From an uncultured delta proteobacterium (GTDB taxonomy: Bacteria > Myxococcota_A > Polyangia > Polyangiales > B10-G4), in contig CAVSGI010000027.1 in the NCBI GenBank assembly GCA_963727445.1, forward strand, positions 320,001 to 384,000: a DNA stretch of 64,000 bases, given 5' to 3'. This document shows, piece by piece, positions 1-13,475 of the stretch; position 1 is the stretch's first letter, and the number at the start of each line of letters is the position of its first letter. Made by a program: the position numbers and the translations under genes. The notes beneath the pieces were generated by a model. That model was not told where the DNA came from. It saw nothing but the letters and a program-made list of their open reading frames with translations, and made no database searches.

Positions 1-644
1 CGATCTGATCAACGCGCTGATCCGCCAGGGGGTGGCGGTGCACTGGAGCGCGACCGACCGCGGGGTGCACGTGAGCGGCCACGCGCACGCGGACGAGCAA
101 AGACGTATGCTTCGGCTCGTGCGCCCCGCCTCCTTTCTGCCCGTCCACGGCACCCGCATGCATCTCGAACGTCACGCCGCGCTCGCCGCGGCCGAGGGCG
201 TGAAGGAGACGCTGGTCGTCGAGAACGGCAGCGTGGTGGAGGTCACGCCGAGCGCGCTCTCCGTGGTCGACAGCGCGCCGGTGGGCCGCGTGGCCGTGGA
301 TCGGCGCCGTGAGCTCCCCTCCGAGGTGCTCTCGGAGCGCGCGACCCTCGGCGAGCTCGGCTGTGCCTTCGCCGTGGTGCCGGTGAGCGCACGCGGCCTC
401 GACGGAAAAGGTGATCGTGACGACGCGCGGGGTCGTGGGCGACGACGAAGTCGACGCATTCGAGGAAGAGGCAGAGCGTTTCGTGGAGGGCGAGCTCGGC
501 CGCGCGCGGCTGGTCTTCTCGGACACGGAGGCCGTCGAGGACGCCGCGCGACGCGCGCTCGGGCGCTTCCTCAAGAAGCGGCTGGGAAGAAAGCCCGTGA
601 CCTGGGCACTCGTGAGCCGTGCTTTCGGAAAGGACGATCGATGA
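1..644 (+). CDS. rnj: Ribonuclease J, 3' part (truncated by window edge; apparent +1 frameshift at A-run 406-409)
   Basis: VHVSGHA and FLPVHG motifs in frame of ORF 32..; C-terminal domain (IVTTRGVV...LKKRLGRKPV) continues in ORF 411..644. Removing one A from ggaaaag joins them. Confidence 0.85.
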
Positions 645-2005
645 GGCGAGCGCTCTCCCTCTTCGCAGCTGCGGCGCTCCTCGCCTGTGGCGGTGGCAGC
701 AGCGAGCAGGAATCGCACGCGACCATGACCCCGCGCGACCACGACGTCATCGCGGACGAATGGACGGGACGCGCGGGCACCGAGACCACCCCCACGCCGC
801 ACGAGCAGCGGATCATCGACGAGCTCGCGCGTGCCGCCGAAGAGGTGCGCGGCCTCGAGTTCCGCGAGCCCGTCCCGACGGCGGTCCAGGACCGACAGGC
901 CATCCTCCGCTACCTCACGGCCGAGCTCGCCGAGGAAGACCTGGCGACCTCGCGCGAGGTCTACGTGGCCCTCGGCCTGTTGCCCCCCGACCTCGACATC
1001 CGCGACCTCTTGCGGCGCGTCCTCGGCGAGCAGGTGGTCGGCTACTACGATCCCGAGACGGACCGCTTCGTGATCCGCGACGACGTGATGCGCGGCCTCG
1101 GGCGTGGCTCCAGCGCCGTCGACGAGACCCGCGTCACCATCGTTCACGAGCTGGTGCACGCGCTTCAGGATCAACACCTCGACCTCGGCGAGCGCTTCGA
1201 GGACGACACCCGCGACACCGACCCCGACGGCGCGTACCGCGCGGTGGTGGAGGGCGACGCCACGCTGGCCATGATCGGCTACGCGGCTGCACAGGCCGGG
1301 CGCCCCCTCGAAGCGATCACCGAGCGTCCGGAGCAGCTCCGCGCGCTGATGAGCGGCGCGATGCCGGTCGGCGACCAGGAGCTGGCGAGCGCGCCCGCGA
1401 TCGTACGCGTGACGCTCATCTCGAGCTATCTCGACGGGCTGGTCTTCAGCGCGCACCTGCACGGCGCCGGGGGATGGGGCGCGATCGACGAAGCGCATCG
1501 CCATCCGCCCGCGAGCTCCGAGCAGGTCCTCCATCCCGAGAAGTACTTCGCGCACGAGCTGCCGGACGCGATCACCCTTCCTCGCTTCGCGGAGCTCGAG
1601 GCCGCCGGCTGGGAGAAGGTCGAAGAGGACACGCTGGGTGAGGTCGAGATGAAGGTCTACCTCGGTCAGCTCGAAGCGAGCGGTGTCGCCGAGGCGGCGG
1701 CCGCGGGATGGTCGGGCGACCGGCTGCGCGTCTACCGCAAGGAGGGAAGCGAACACGCGGCCTGCGTGTGGTTCACCTCGTGGGACGACGAAGACGAAGC
1801 GCAGGAAGCGGAGCTGGCGGCCAAACGCATCGTCGCGTCCATCCCCGAAGACCGCCGGAGCGAGCATCGCGTGGAGCGCCGCGGCCGCGCACTCTTAATC
1901 GTCCGGCATCTTCCGCCCGCGCTTCACCGCAGCGTCTCCGAATCGTTTGCGGAAATGGCCGCTTCGCTTCCGCCCGCGCCCCAAACCGCCACCGGCGCCC
2001 CTTGA
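641..2005 (+). CDS. Lipoprotein with zincin-like HExxH motif (putative metallopeptidase)
   Basis: ATG 641 overlaps rnj stop (ATGA); signal MRRALSLFAAAALLAC; IVHELVHALQDQH and downstream EGDA; GYYDP motif. Confidence 0.7.
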   Translation: MRRALSLFAAAALLACGGGSSEQESHATMTPRDHDVIADEWTGRAGTETTPTPHEQRIIDELARAAEEVRGLEFREPVPTAVQDRQAILRYLTAELAEEDLATSREVYVALGLLPPDLDIRDLLRRVLGEQVVGYYDPETDRFVIRDDVMRGLGRGSSAVDETRVTIVHELVHALQDQHLDLGERFEDDTRDTDPDGAYRAVVEGDATLAMIGYAAAQAGRPLEAITERPEQLRALMSGAMPVGDQELASAPAIVRVTLISSYLDGLVFSAHLHGAGGWGAIDEAHRHPPASSEQVLHPEKYFAHELPDAITLPRFAELEAAGWEKVEEDTLGEVEMKVYLGQLEASGVAEAAAAGWSGDRLRVYRKEGSEHAACVWFTSWDDEDEAQEAELAAKRIVASIPEDRRSEHRVERRGRALLIVRHLPPALHRSVSESFAEMAASLPPAPQTATGAP

Positions 2006-2050
2006 GAACGCTGGTGCGGCTGCTAAAGGGGCCGCACGGAGGTGCTCTTC

Positions 2051-2698
2051 ATGTCGCGTGTGCTGCTCTCGGTCCTCGTCTCGTCGCTCTCGCTCATGGT
2101 CGTCGGTTGCGGTGACGACGGAGGGGCATCGTCGACGGGCGACGGCGGCTTCGGAAGCGACAGCAGCACCAGCGCCGACACCGGCACCGCGACCACCGAT
2201 TCCGGCACGACGGCCGACACCGGCACCACGACCACCGATTCCGGCACGACGGCCGACACCGGCACCGCGACCACCGATTCCGGCGCCGCCACCGACGGCG
2301 GCGGCGGGGGCGACGGCTCGGTGGGCAGCGCCTGCGGCGGCGACGGCGACTGCAACGCCGGCCTCACCTGTCTGATGACGATCGGCGGCGGCGGCTTCGG
2401 CATCGACTTCCCCGGCGGCTACTGCACCCAGATGGACTGCGGCGGCATGGGCGGCGCCATGTGCCCCGCCGGCAGTCAGTGCCTGAGCGTCGGCTTCGGC
2501 ATGTTCGGCTACAGCTACTGCGCGGACAGCTGCAGCGGCATGTCCGACTGTCGCATGGGCTACGAGTGCGGCATGCCGCCCGTCGGCATGGTGTCGGGCA
2601 TGGTGTGCACGCCGAGTCTCGGCTTCGGCGGTGGTGACGGCGGCTTCGGCTTCGGCGATGGCGGCTTCGGCGGCGATGGGGGCCTTCCGTTCCCGTAA
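2051..2698 (+). CDS. Cys/Gly-rich lipoprotein with Thr/Asp/Gly linker
   Basis: Hydrophobic N-terminus ending VVGC; low-complexity linker; C-terminal Cys-rich domain (PGGYCT...). Confidence 0.7.
   Translation: MSRVLLSVLVSSLSLMVVGCGDDGGASSTGDGGFGSDSSTSADTGTATTDSGTTADTGTTTTDSGTTADTGTATTDSGAATDGGGGGDGSVGSACGGDGDCNAGLTCLMTIGGGGFGIDFPGGYCTQMDCGGMGGAMCPAGSQCLSVGFGMFGYSYCADSCSGMSDCRMGYECGMPPVGMVSGMVCTPSLGFGGGDGGFGFGDGGFGGDGGLPFP
2174..2284 (+). repeat. 39-bp coding tandem repeat, ~3 copies
   Basis: gccgacaccggcacc(g/a)cgaccaccgattccggcacgacg repeated; encodes ADTGT(A/T)TTDSGTT. Confidence 0.85.
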
Positions 2699-2738
2699 GC
2701 GATTGCACCTCCGGCCCCCCTCTGGCAGGTTCCGGCGC

Positions 2739-3185
2739 ATGAGTGATCCGCGCGTCTCCTGGGACGACTACTTCATGAACATCGCCCGCGAGGTCGCGAC
2801 CCGCGCGACCTGCAACCGCAAGCACGTGGGCGCGGTCATCGTCCGGGACAAGACCATCCTGTCGACCGGCTACAACGGCTCGATCCGGGGCCTGCCTCAC
2901 TGTGACGACGACGATCACATGATGGAGGACGGCCACTGCGTCCGCACCATCCACGCCGAGAACAACGCCATCATCCAGGCCGCGAAGAACGGCACCGCCA
3001 TCGAGGGGGCGAACATCTACGTGACCGCCTCGCCGTGTTGGAATTGCTTCAAGATGATCGCCAACGCCGGGATCAAGCGCATCGCCTTCGGCGAGTTCTA
3101 CCGGGACCAGCGGATCTTCGAGATCTCGAAGAAGCTGGGCATCGAGCTGGTGGACCTCTCGGATTCGGCGAAAGCCGCGGAATAG
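2739..3185 (+). CDS. dCMP deaminase / ComEB-like cytidine deaminase
   Basis: WDDYFM, VGAVIV, TGYNG, HAENNAI and PCWNC zinc-binding motifs. Confidence 0.9.
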   Translation: MSDPRVSWDDYFMNIAREVATRATCNRKHVGAVIVRDKTILSTGYNGSIRGLPHCDDDDHMMEDGHCVRTIHAENNAIIQAAKNGTAIEGANIYVTASPCWNCFKMIANAGIKRIAFGEFYRDQRIFEISKKLGIELVDLSDSAKAAE

Positions 3186-3286
3186 CGGGTCCCGAGGGAG
3201 CCGGCACCTTCCCGTGGTTGACCGGCCCGAAGGCGGGCGCTATGCCCGCCTTCTTTCGTAATTTCGTGCTCTGAAAGGCAACGACG

Positions 3287-4591
3287 ATGGAGTCGCAGGT
3301 CAGCGAGATCAGCCCGGTCAAAGTGGAGGTCAGCGTCGAGATCCCTTGGGACGACGTGAAGAAGGATCTCGATGCGACCTACAAGCAGCTCGGCAAGAGC
3401 GCGCGCGTGCGTGGGTTTCGCCCGGGCAAGGTGCCGCGCAACGTCCTGAGGCAGGTCTACGGCCGCCAGGTGAACGGCGAGGTGGTGGCGCAGCTCGTGG
3501 AGAAGGGGCTCCTCCACGCGGTGGAGAGCCACGACCTGCAGATCGTGGCCCAGCCCGAGATGACCGACCAGCCGGAGATCGAGAAGGGCAAGCCGCTGAC
3601 CTTCAAGGCGACGGTGGAGATCCGCCCCAACCTCGAGTCGGTGAACATGGAGGGGCTCGAGGTGAGCCGCACCAAGGTGGACATCTCCGATGAGGCTGTG
3701 AACGAAGAGGTCGAGCGTCTGCGGCGCGAAAACGCCGACGTTCAGGTGCCGGAGCCCATGCGCCCCAGCAAGGCCGGTGACGAGCTCATGATCGACTACT
3801 CGGTCAGCGTCGACGGAGAGCAGAAGCCCGACATGAGCGCCGAAGGCCGCCCCGTGGAGCTCGGCGCCGACCAGCTCATCGAGGAGTTCGAAAAGGGCCT
3901 GCTCGGCCTTCAGCCGGGCGACGAGACCACCATCGACATCACCTTCCCCGAGGATCACGGCGACGAGACCCTCCGCGGCAAGACAGCGACCTTCGCCATC
4001 ACGGTCAAGGAGCTCCGCGAGAAGCTTTTGCCCGAGCTCGACGACGAGTTCGCCAAGGACTGCGGGGACTACGCGACCCTTCTAGAGCTTCGCCTGAAGA
4101 TTCGCGAGCGCCTCGAGAAGCAGGCCGAGCAGCGGGCCGAAAGCGAAATCCGTGAGAAGGTCATCGACAAGCTGGTGGAGATCAACGACGTGCCGGCGCC
4201 GCCGTCGATGGTGAAGCAGGAGGAGCAGCGGATGCTCTACGAGCTCGTCCAGCTCATGCAGATGACGGGCGGCGCGGGGCCGGACCTCGGGGACGACTTC
4301 CAGAAGAACATGGCGGAGCGGGCCGAGAAGAAGGTGAAGGCCGCGATCCTCCTCGGCGCCGTGGCGCGGACCGAGAAGATCGAGGTCAGCGACGCCGACG
4401 TGGACGCGAAGCTCGGAGAAATCGCCGAGCAGACCGGCAAGCACATTGCCAAAGTCCGCGTGGAGTACCAGGGTGAGCGACGAGACGCGCTGCAGAATCA
4501 GCTGATGGAAGACAAGCTGATCGAATACCTTTTGAGCAAAGCGAAGATCGTAGAGGGCGTGGACGCTGCCGAGTCCGAGAAGGAGGGCTGA
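3287..4591 (+). CDS. tig: Trigger factor
   Basis: GFRPGKVP ribosome-binding motif, FKBP-like middle domain, [10 protein letters not shown]; directly upstream of clpP. Confidence 0.97.
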   Translation: MESQVSEISPVKVEVSVEIPWDDVKKDLDATYKQLGKSARVRGFRPGKVPRNVLRQVYGRQVNGEVVAQLVEKGLLHAVESHDLQIVAQPEMTDQPEIEKGKPLTFKATVEIRPNLESVNMEGLEVSRTKVDISDEAVNEEVERLRRENADVQVPEPMRPSKAGDELMIDYSVSVDGEQKPDMSAEGRPVELGADQLIEEFEKGLLGLQPGDETTIDITFPEDHGDETLRGKTATFAITVKELREKLLPELDDEFAKDCGDYATLLELRLKIRERLEKQAEQRAESEIREKVIDKLVEINDVPAPPSMVKQEEQRMLYELVQLMQMTGGAGPDLGDDFQKNMAERAEKKVKAAILLGAVARTEKIEVSDADVDAKLGEIAEQTGKHIAKVRVEYQGERRDALQNQLMEDKLIEYLLSKAKIVEGVDAAESEKEG

Positions 4592-5232
4592 TGGCCAACG
4601 ACGGTCGTGACGAAACGAAGGGGGCCTACGTGCCCATGCCGCTGGTGGTGGAGACGACGCACCGCGGCGAGCGCAGCTGGGACATCTACAGCCGCCTTCT
4701 CAAGGATCGCATCGTTTTCCTCGGCACCGAGGTGAACGACGACATCGCCAACATCATCATCGCCCAGATGCTCTTCCTCGAGAGCGAGGACCCCGACAAG
4801 GAGATCACGCTCTACATCAACAGCCCGGGCGGTGTGATCACCGCCGGTCTCGCGATCTACGACACCATGCAGTACGTCCGCTGCCCGGTGTCCACGGTGT
4901 GCCTGGGGCAAGCTGCCTCGATGGCGGCGTGGCTTCTCGCCGCAGGCAGCCCGGGCATGCGCAAGGCGCTGCCCAACAGCCGGGTCATGATCCACCAGCC
5001 CCTCGCCGGCTACCAGGGCCAGGCGACCGACATCGAGATCCACGCCAAGATGATCCTCAGCGTCCGGGAACGGATGAACGAGATCATGGCGAAGCACACC
5101 GGCCAGACCCCCGAACAGGTCAAGGAAGATACGGAGCGCGACCGGTTCCTCTCGGCCACCCAGGCCAAGGAGTACGGGATCATCGACGAGGTGATCGATC
5201 GACTCAAGCCCGGGGCGCCGAAGAAGGGATGA
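4591..5232 (+). CDS. clpP: ATP-dependent Clp protease proteolytic subunit
   Basis: [22 protein letters not shown] (Ser), MIHQP (His), DTERD. Confidence 0.98.
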   Translation: MANDGRDETKGAYVPMPLVVETTHRGERSWDIYSRLLKDRIVFLGTEVNDDIANIIIAQMLFLESEDPDKEITLYINSPGGVITAGLAIYDTMQYVRCPVSTVCLGQAASMAAWLLAAGSPGMRKALPNSRVMIHQPLAGYQGQATDIEIHAKMILSVRERMNEIMAKHTGQTPEQVKEDTERDRFLSATQAKEYGIIDEVIDRLKPGAPKKG

Positions 5233-5351
5233 CGCTGTGCGTAGTGATGGTACGCACGGGTCGGCCGAAGCTTGCCGCCCCCATCTGGCGGCGCTAGAAT
5301 CGACTCGGTTTTTGGTGGTTTTCTTCGAGGCACAGTACGAGGTGAGGACGA

Positions 5352-6611
<1,260 letters not shown>

Positions 6612-6745
6612 TGCTCGTGCATATCGACCCTCCCTCCCCGCCCCGAATCCTCCCCGAGGGGGGACCCTCGGACTCCCCCCGACACCTCGCTTCGCTCGGC
6701 ACCACGCTCGCCTGGGCTCGCGAATCTCGCTCGTGAGGTCTGCCC

Positions 6746-9222
<2,477 letters not shown>

Positions 9223-9229
<7 letters not shown>

Positions 9230-9465
9230 CGCCTTCGCGAAGCGAAGGCGCCCGCAGAAGGCTCCGCCGAAGCGGAGCGGCGCCGCAAGCCGCGCAAGCG
9301 GCTGGAGGTGACGCGCAGCGCAGGCGGAGCCGGGATTGCGTCGCAGTAGCGCCTGAGCGGAGCGAAGGCGCCCGCAGAAGGCTCCGCCGCAGCGGAGCGG
9401 CACTGTAGGCTGCGCAGCAGCCGGAGGTGACGCGCAGCGAAGGCGTCCGCAGAAGGCTCCGCTAC
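9223..9465. repeat. REP-like ~120-bp tandem repeat (2 copies plus a partial third)
   Basis: gcagtagcgcc...agcgaaggcgcccgcagaaggctccgccg.agcggagcggc...ggaggtgacgcgcagcg at ~9223 and ~9343, partial at ~9437; internal hairpins. Confidence 0.8.
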
Positions 9466-10745
9466 TCGGCGGGCGCAAACGCCGAGAAGACGGGCGCCGC
9501 GGAGCCACCGTGGGCGGCCGCTCCGTCCACGAGCGCACCCCAACAGGTTGGCGCCAGGCAAGCGCCGAGCATGCAGGTGAGAGACGCGCAGTCGGCGTCG
9601 TGTTCGCACGGCGCGCCGCGCGCACGGTCTGCCGCGCCACAGCGTTCGGCGATGCACGCGCCATCGGCGCACTGCTCGTCGAACCAGCAGAACGAGCCGC
9701 GCTCCTGTGCGGCAAGACATCGGCCCTGGAGGCAGACGTCGGAGGGGCACTGAGCGCCCTCGTCGCACGGGGATCCCTCGCCGAGCACCTCGACACATTC
9801 TCCGGCATGTCGAGAGGAGGTGCATCGGACGTGGTCGCAGTTGTCGTCTCGTGCGCATGGGTTCGAGGCACCGTCAGCGCACTGCGCCTCCAAACCGATG
9901 TTGCTGCACCGCCCGGACGCACACTGGCTCCCCGACGCGCATGGATGGCCCACTGGAAAGTCAGCCTCAGTCGGTCCACACACGCCTGGAAACCCGGCCC
10001 CCCAACGGCGCATCACGGGCGTGCATGCGCCGCTCTGGCAATCGTTCGATCGCTGGCACGGCGCATTCGCCTCGAGCGGCGCGACGCATACGCCCTCCCA
10101 CGACTGCCCGCAACGTGGCGCACAGCGCAGTCCCTGCCGACAGTCGGCGGGATTCAACGAGGGCTCGCAACGCTCTCCCGCCCTCTGCCTGCCCGCGCGG
10201 GACAAGTGACGTCGGCACCTACGCTCTCCTCCGAAGAGCCCAGTGGAGCAGGTGAAACCATCGCGACACTCGGAAAACGGCCGGGAGAGAGACTCGCAGG
10301 GTTCATCGTCCGGCACGAGGCCGGTTGCCACGTTCGTGAAATCGAGGTCGACGAGCTCGCACCCCTCGGTGGCCGACCTGAGCTCCTCGACGAAGTCCCG
10401 CATCCCACCGCGGGAGAGTGCGAGGGTGGCGCGCCGCCTGGCGTCGACGACATCGGGAAGCGCGAAGATCGAATGACACGCCGCCCCGACGCGTGATGCA
10501 CACCCCTCGGCTTCGGAGGGTCGCGTATCCCAGCAGCCACACCGTGACCACTGCTCACACAACCGAAGCGAGAGCTCCCCGCACAGTCCATCGACATCCT
10601 CGAGGTCCCCACCTGGTATTGGTGCGACAGGCGCGGCATCCACGCAGTACGGCGGAAGCTCGAGAGGATCCGGCGGTTCCTCGGCCGGCGCGCAGCTCCA
10701 AGCGCACGCCGCAACGAGTAGAAAGACGTGCCGCGGCCGAACCAC
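9462..10745 (-). CDS. Cys-rich secreted protein or lipoprotein
   Basis: Likely GTG start at 10745 (VVRPRHVFLLVAACAWSC); many C-x4-DC-x-SG-x-C type repeats. Confidence 0.65.
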   Translation of the reverse strand: MVRPRHVFLLVAACAWSCAPAEEPPDPLELPPYCVDAAPVAPIPGGDLEDVDGLCGELSLRLCEQWSRCGCWDTRPSEAEGCASRVGAACHSIFALPDVVDARRRATLALSRGGMRDFVEELRSATEGCELVDLDFTNVATGLVPDDEPCESLSRPFSECRDGFTCSTGLFGGERRCRRHLSRAGRQRAGERCEPSLNPADCRQGLRCAPRCGQSWEGVCVAPLEANAPCQRSNDCQSGACTPVMRRWGAGFPGVCGPTEADFPVGHPCASGSQCASGRCSNIGLEAQCADGASNPCARDDNCDHVRCTSSRHAGECVEVLGEGSPCDEGAQCPSDVCLQGRCLAAQERGSFCWFDEQCADGACIAERCGAADRARGAPCEHDADCASLTCMLGACLAPTCWGALVDGAAAHGGSAAPVFSAFAPAE

Positions 10746-10822
10746 GTTCCCCCACGATGCAGTCGACGTGCCAGCCGACGACGCGAAGCTGACGCTCCGA
10801 GCCGAGTGTGCGAGCCTTGGCC

Positions 10823-11335
10823 ATGGCGGACGACCCTCCGCAGGAGGAAGAAGAAGAACGCGTCTCGCGAACCGCCCTGCGCGCCGAGCGCAAGAAGGTG
10901 CAGGCGGAGCTCGACGCGCTCGCCAAGCGGCTCGCGGGGCTGTCGGCAAAGGCGCTCGACGCGCTCGAGCTCGACGCGGAGCTGCGGGACGCGGCGCGAT
11001 TGCTCGGCACGATGCCGAAGGGCCCGGCGATGGCGCGGCAGCGGCGCCACGTGGCGCGGTCTCTGCGGGCGTACGACGTGGCGGAGCTGACGCGGAAGAT
11101 CGACGAGACGCTCGGCAACCGCTCCCTCGATGTGCGCGCGCAGAAGCTCGAGCGCTGGCGCACGCGCCTGCTCGACGAGGGCGACGCCGCGCTCGCCGAG
11201 CTGGTAGCGGAGCACCCGGCGCTCGATCGCCAGCGGGTGCGCCAGGCCCTCCGCGCGGCCGCCGACGAGGCGAAGAAGGGCGCACGCGGAAAGAAGTTCA
11301 AGGCGCTGTATCAGGTGTTGAGCGAAGAGATGTGA
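10823..11335 (+). CDS. darP: Ribosome biogenesis factor DarP/YjgA (DUF615)
   Basis: SRTALR, RQRRHV, LERWRTRLL, HPALDRQ.VRQ pattern typical of YjgA. Confidence 0.8.
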   Translation: MADDPPQEEEEERVSRTALRAERKKVQAELDALAKRLAGLSAKALDALELDAELRDAARLLGTMPKGPAMARQRRHVARSLRAYDVAELTRKIDETLGNRSLDVRAQKLERWRTRLLDEGDAALAELVAEHPALDRQRVRQALRAAADEAKKGARGKKFKALYQVLSEEM

Positions 11336-11343
11336 GCGACGAG

Positions 11344-11359
11344 CTTTCCGCGCGGAAAG
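11344..11359. repeat. Palindrome CTTTCCGCGCGGAAAG, copy 1
   Basis: Perfect 16-bp palindrome; extends outward with a G-U pair. Confidence 0.9.
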
Positions 11360-11601
11360 TTCGGCAGGGTGCGATGATCGAGGGGTGCAGGACGTAGCAC
11401 CCACGGCTTCACGACCCATACCGGAGAACACAACGTTCACGTCGCACCGCTGCGAAACGGACGCCATCTTCTCTCCGTCGTGTTCTCCGGTACGAGCAGC
11501 GTCGGACTGGTCCGCCTATTCGCGAAGCAGGCGGCGAAAGATCTCGACACCATCTTCGCGCGCTGACGAGCGAGCCACTCGATGACGACTGAGCGCACGC
11601 C

Positions 11602-11621
11602 AACTTTCCGCGCGGAAAGTT
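11602..11621. repeat. Palindrome AACTTTCCGCGCGGAAAGTT, copy 2
   Basis: Perfect 20-bp palindrome ending 29 nt before the HNH start codon. Confidence 0.9.
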
Positions 11622-11649
11622 CGGTGAGTCGTCAGTTCGTGAGTCGGGC

Positions 11650-12915
11650 ATGCGTCTTCTCGACATGCACGACTTCACGACGTTGAACGACGAGGCACTT
11701 GTTGCGCGACTCGCTAACGCGGTCGCGCGGGACACGCGCAACACGGAGCAGATGCTCCGCGTAATCGAGGAGATCGATCGGCGGCGGCTCTTTGCGGAGC
11801 TGGGGTACCCGTCGATGTTCGCGTTCTGTGTCGAACGATTCTCGATGTCCGAGCCCATCGCGTACAAACGCATCGGGGCAGCGCGGGTGGCGAGGCGCTT
11901 TCCGGTGATCTTCGAGATGGTCCAGCGGGGTGACATCCACCTGAGCGGTGTCGTCGCGCTGAAGGCTGCGCTCAGCTCGGACAACCACGTCTCAGTGCTC
12001 GCGAGGGCCAAGCGGTGCACTCTTCGCGAGATCGAGAAGCTGGCGGCGGAGGTGGCGCCGAGGCCGGACGTGCCTTCGCGGGTGCGGGCGCTTCCACGGA
12101 AGAAGGAAGACCTCACGCCAGAGGCGGGGGAGCCATGCGTCGCGCCGGGAGCCACGCCAACCGTCGCGCCGCCCAGCATCCGGCCCACGTCAGCAGCTAC
12201 AACACCGGCGAGACGACGCGCGCCGGATCCGGAGCCGCTCTCCCCCCGCCGCTACAAGCTCGTGGTGACGATCGACGAGGAGACGCACGGGCGCCTCGCG
12301 CAGCTTCAGGATCTGCTCGCGCATCAGGTACCTGACGGCGACCCGGCCATGATCGTGGCGCGGGCGTTCGAAGTGCTGCTCGAAAAGTCGCTCGAGACCA
12401 AGGCCGCCCTGACCGACCGGCCCCGGCCGATGCCGAAGGCCATCGACCATGACAAGCGCGGGATCCCCGCTGCGGTCCGTCGCGCGGTGTGGAAGCGCGA
12501 CGGCGGGCGATGCGCTTTCGTATCCGGGGACGGCCGGCGCTGCAACGAGACGCGGCGCCTCGAGTTCGGGCACCTCGAGCCTTGGGCCAAAGGCGGCAAA
12601 CACGGCGTCGCCGAGATCGCGCTCCGTTGCCGCGGGCACAACGACTTCGAGGCGGTGCGCGACTACGGTGCCGGGCACATGGCCGACAAGCGCCCCGACC
12701 CGCGCGTGCGCGAAACGGAGGCGGGCTACGCAAACCTCTCGAGATCACCCGGCCCCGGCCCGCTACTTTCCGCGCGGAAAGTTGGCGAGCGGCGACTCGC
12801 GCCGAATCGGCGCAACGGGTCGAGCCCGATTCGCGCGCCCTGCCCGTCGTGCGTGCTGGTCCGCGTCGAATCGGCCCGAACGGGCGCGGCGGAGCGGCGG
12901 CACACCCGTTGCTGA
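11650..12915 (+). CDS. HNH endonuclease-domain protein (DUF222-like N-terminus, C-terminal HNH)
   Basis: IDRRRLFAELGYPSMFAFCVERFSMSE N-domain; IPAAVRRAVWKRDGGRC...C...LEFGH.EPWAKGG...LRCRGHN HNH-type C-domain. Confidence 0.8.
   Translation: MRLLDMHDFTTLNDEALVARLANAVARDTRNTEQMLRVIEEIDRRRLFAELGYPSMFAFCVERFSMSEPIAYKRIGAARVARRFPVIFEMVQRGDIHLSGVVALKAALSSDNHVSVLARAKRCTLREIEKLAAEVAPRPDVPSRVRALPRKKEDLTPEAGEPCVAPGATPTVAPPSIRPTSAATTPARRRAPDPEPLSPRRYKLVVTIDEETHGRLAQLQDLLAHQVPDGDPAMIVARAFEVLLEKSLETKAALTDRPRPMPKAIDHDKRGIPAAVRRAVWKRDGGRCAFVSGDGRRCNETRRLEFGHLEPWAKGGKHGVAEIALRCRGHNDFEAVRDYGAGHMADKRPDPRVRETEAGYANLSRSPGPGPLLSARKVGERRLAPNRRNGSSPIRAPCPSCVLVRVESARTGAAERRHTRC
12765..12782. repeat. Palindrome ACTTTCCGCGCGGAAAGT, copy 3
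   Basis: Perfect 18-bp palindrome just after the HNH domain, inside the ORF tail. Confidence 0.9.
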
Positions 12916-12963
12916 AGGGGGAGTCGTCCCGCTCGTGTCGAGCGGGCTGGCTCAGGAGGTCTC

Positions 12964-13314
12964 ATGCACTCGCTTTCTTCGATCGTCTCTCCCCTCGTCC
13001 GTGCGCTCGCCCTCGTCTCTTTCCTCGCGCTCTTGGGCTTCACCTCCGGCTGCACGTCCAAGTGCGTCGACGGCAACTGTGTCTGCGGGCCTGGGGAGAC
13101 GTGCGAGTTCACGTGCGTGAGCGGCGGATGCAACCAGGATTGCTCGGAAGGGTCCGACTGCAGCGCCACCTGTAGTGGCGGAGGATGCAGCCAGAACTGT
13201 AACAACGGCGCGACGTGCGACTTCGCCTGCTCAGGCGGCGGCTGCGCTCAGAGCTGCGAGCTGTCTGACACGTGCATCAGCACCTGCTCCGGCGACGGCT
13301 GCTCGACACTGTGA
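12964..13314 (+). CDS. Small Cys-rich repeat lipoprotein
   Basis: Signal ending FTSGC; 19 Cys in 116 aa; 19-aa period C-x3-C-(S)GG-x-C-x-Q-x-C. Confidence 0.75.
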   Translation: MHSLSSIVSPLVRALALVSFLALLGFTSGCTSKCVDGNCVCGPGETCEFTCVSGGCNQDCSEGSDCSATCSGGGCSQNCNNGATCDFACSGGGCAQSCELSDTCISTCSGDGCSTL

Positions 13315-13475
13315 AGCGGCGGGCTCGGACCGCGCCTTCGGCATGAACCATGGCGGGATCATCGAATCCGAAGAGAGCGCGCGCTGGGCCATCGCGGAGG
13401 TGCGCGCCTTCCTCTCGGCAGTGCCCATCGGCGCCGCCGTCGCGTGGGTCGCCCCGAGCCCTGACGAGAGCAGAC

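Larger units (their letters stand above)
11341..11649 (+). other. Hairpin-rich non-coding leader upstream of HNH gene (candidate structured RNA)
   Basis: Stems at 11383-11402, 11419-11492 (13-bp perfect arms), 11512-11534, 11534-11559 and 11583-11634. Confidence 0.45.

Noticed and set aside
32..2005. 657-aa RNase J/peptidase fusion ORF
   Set aside because: Produced by the frameshift at ~407; a separate start with lipoprotein signal exists at 641.
11385..11585. 66-aa ORF in the HNH leader
   Set aside because: No recognisable motif; the region is better explained by its hairpins.
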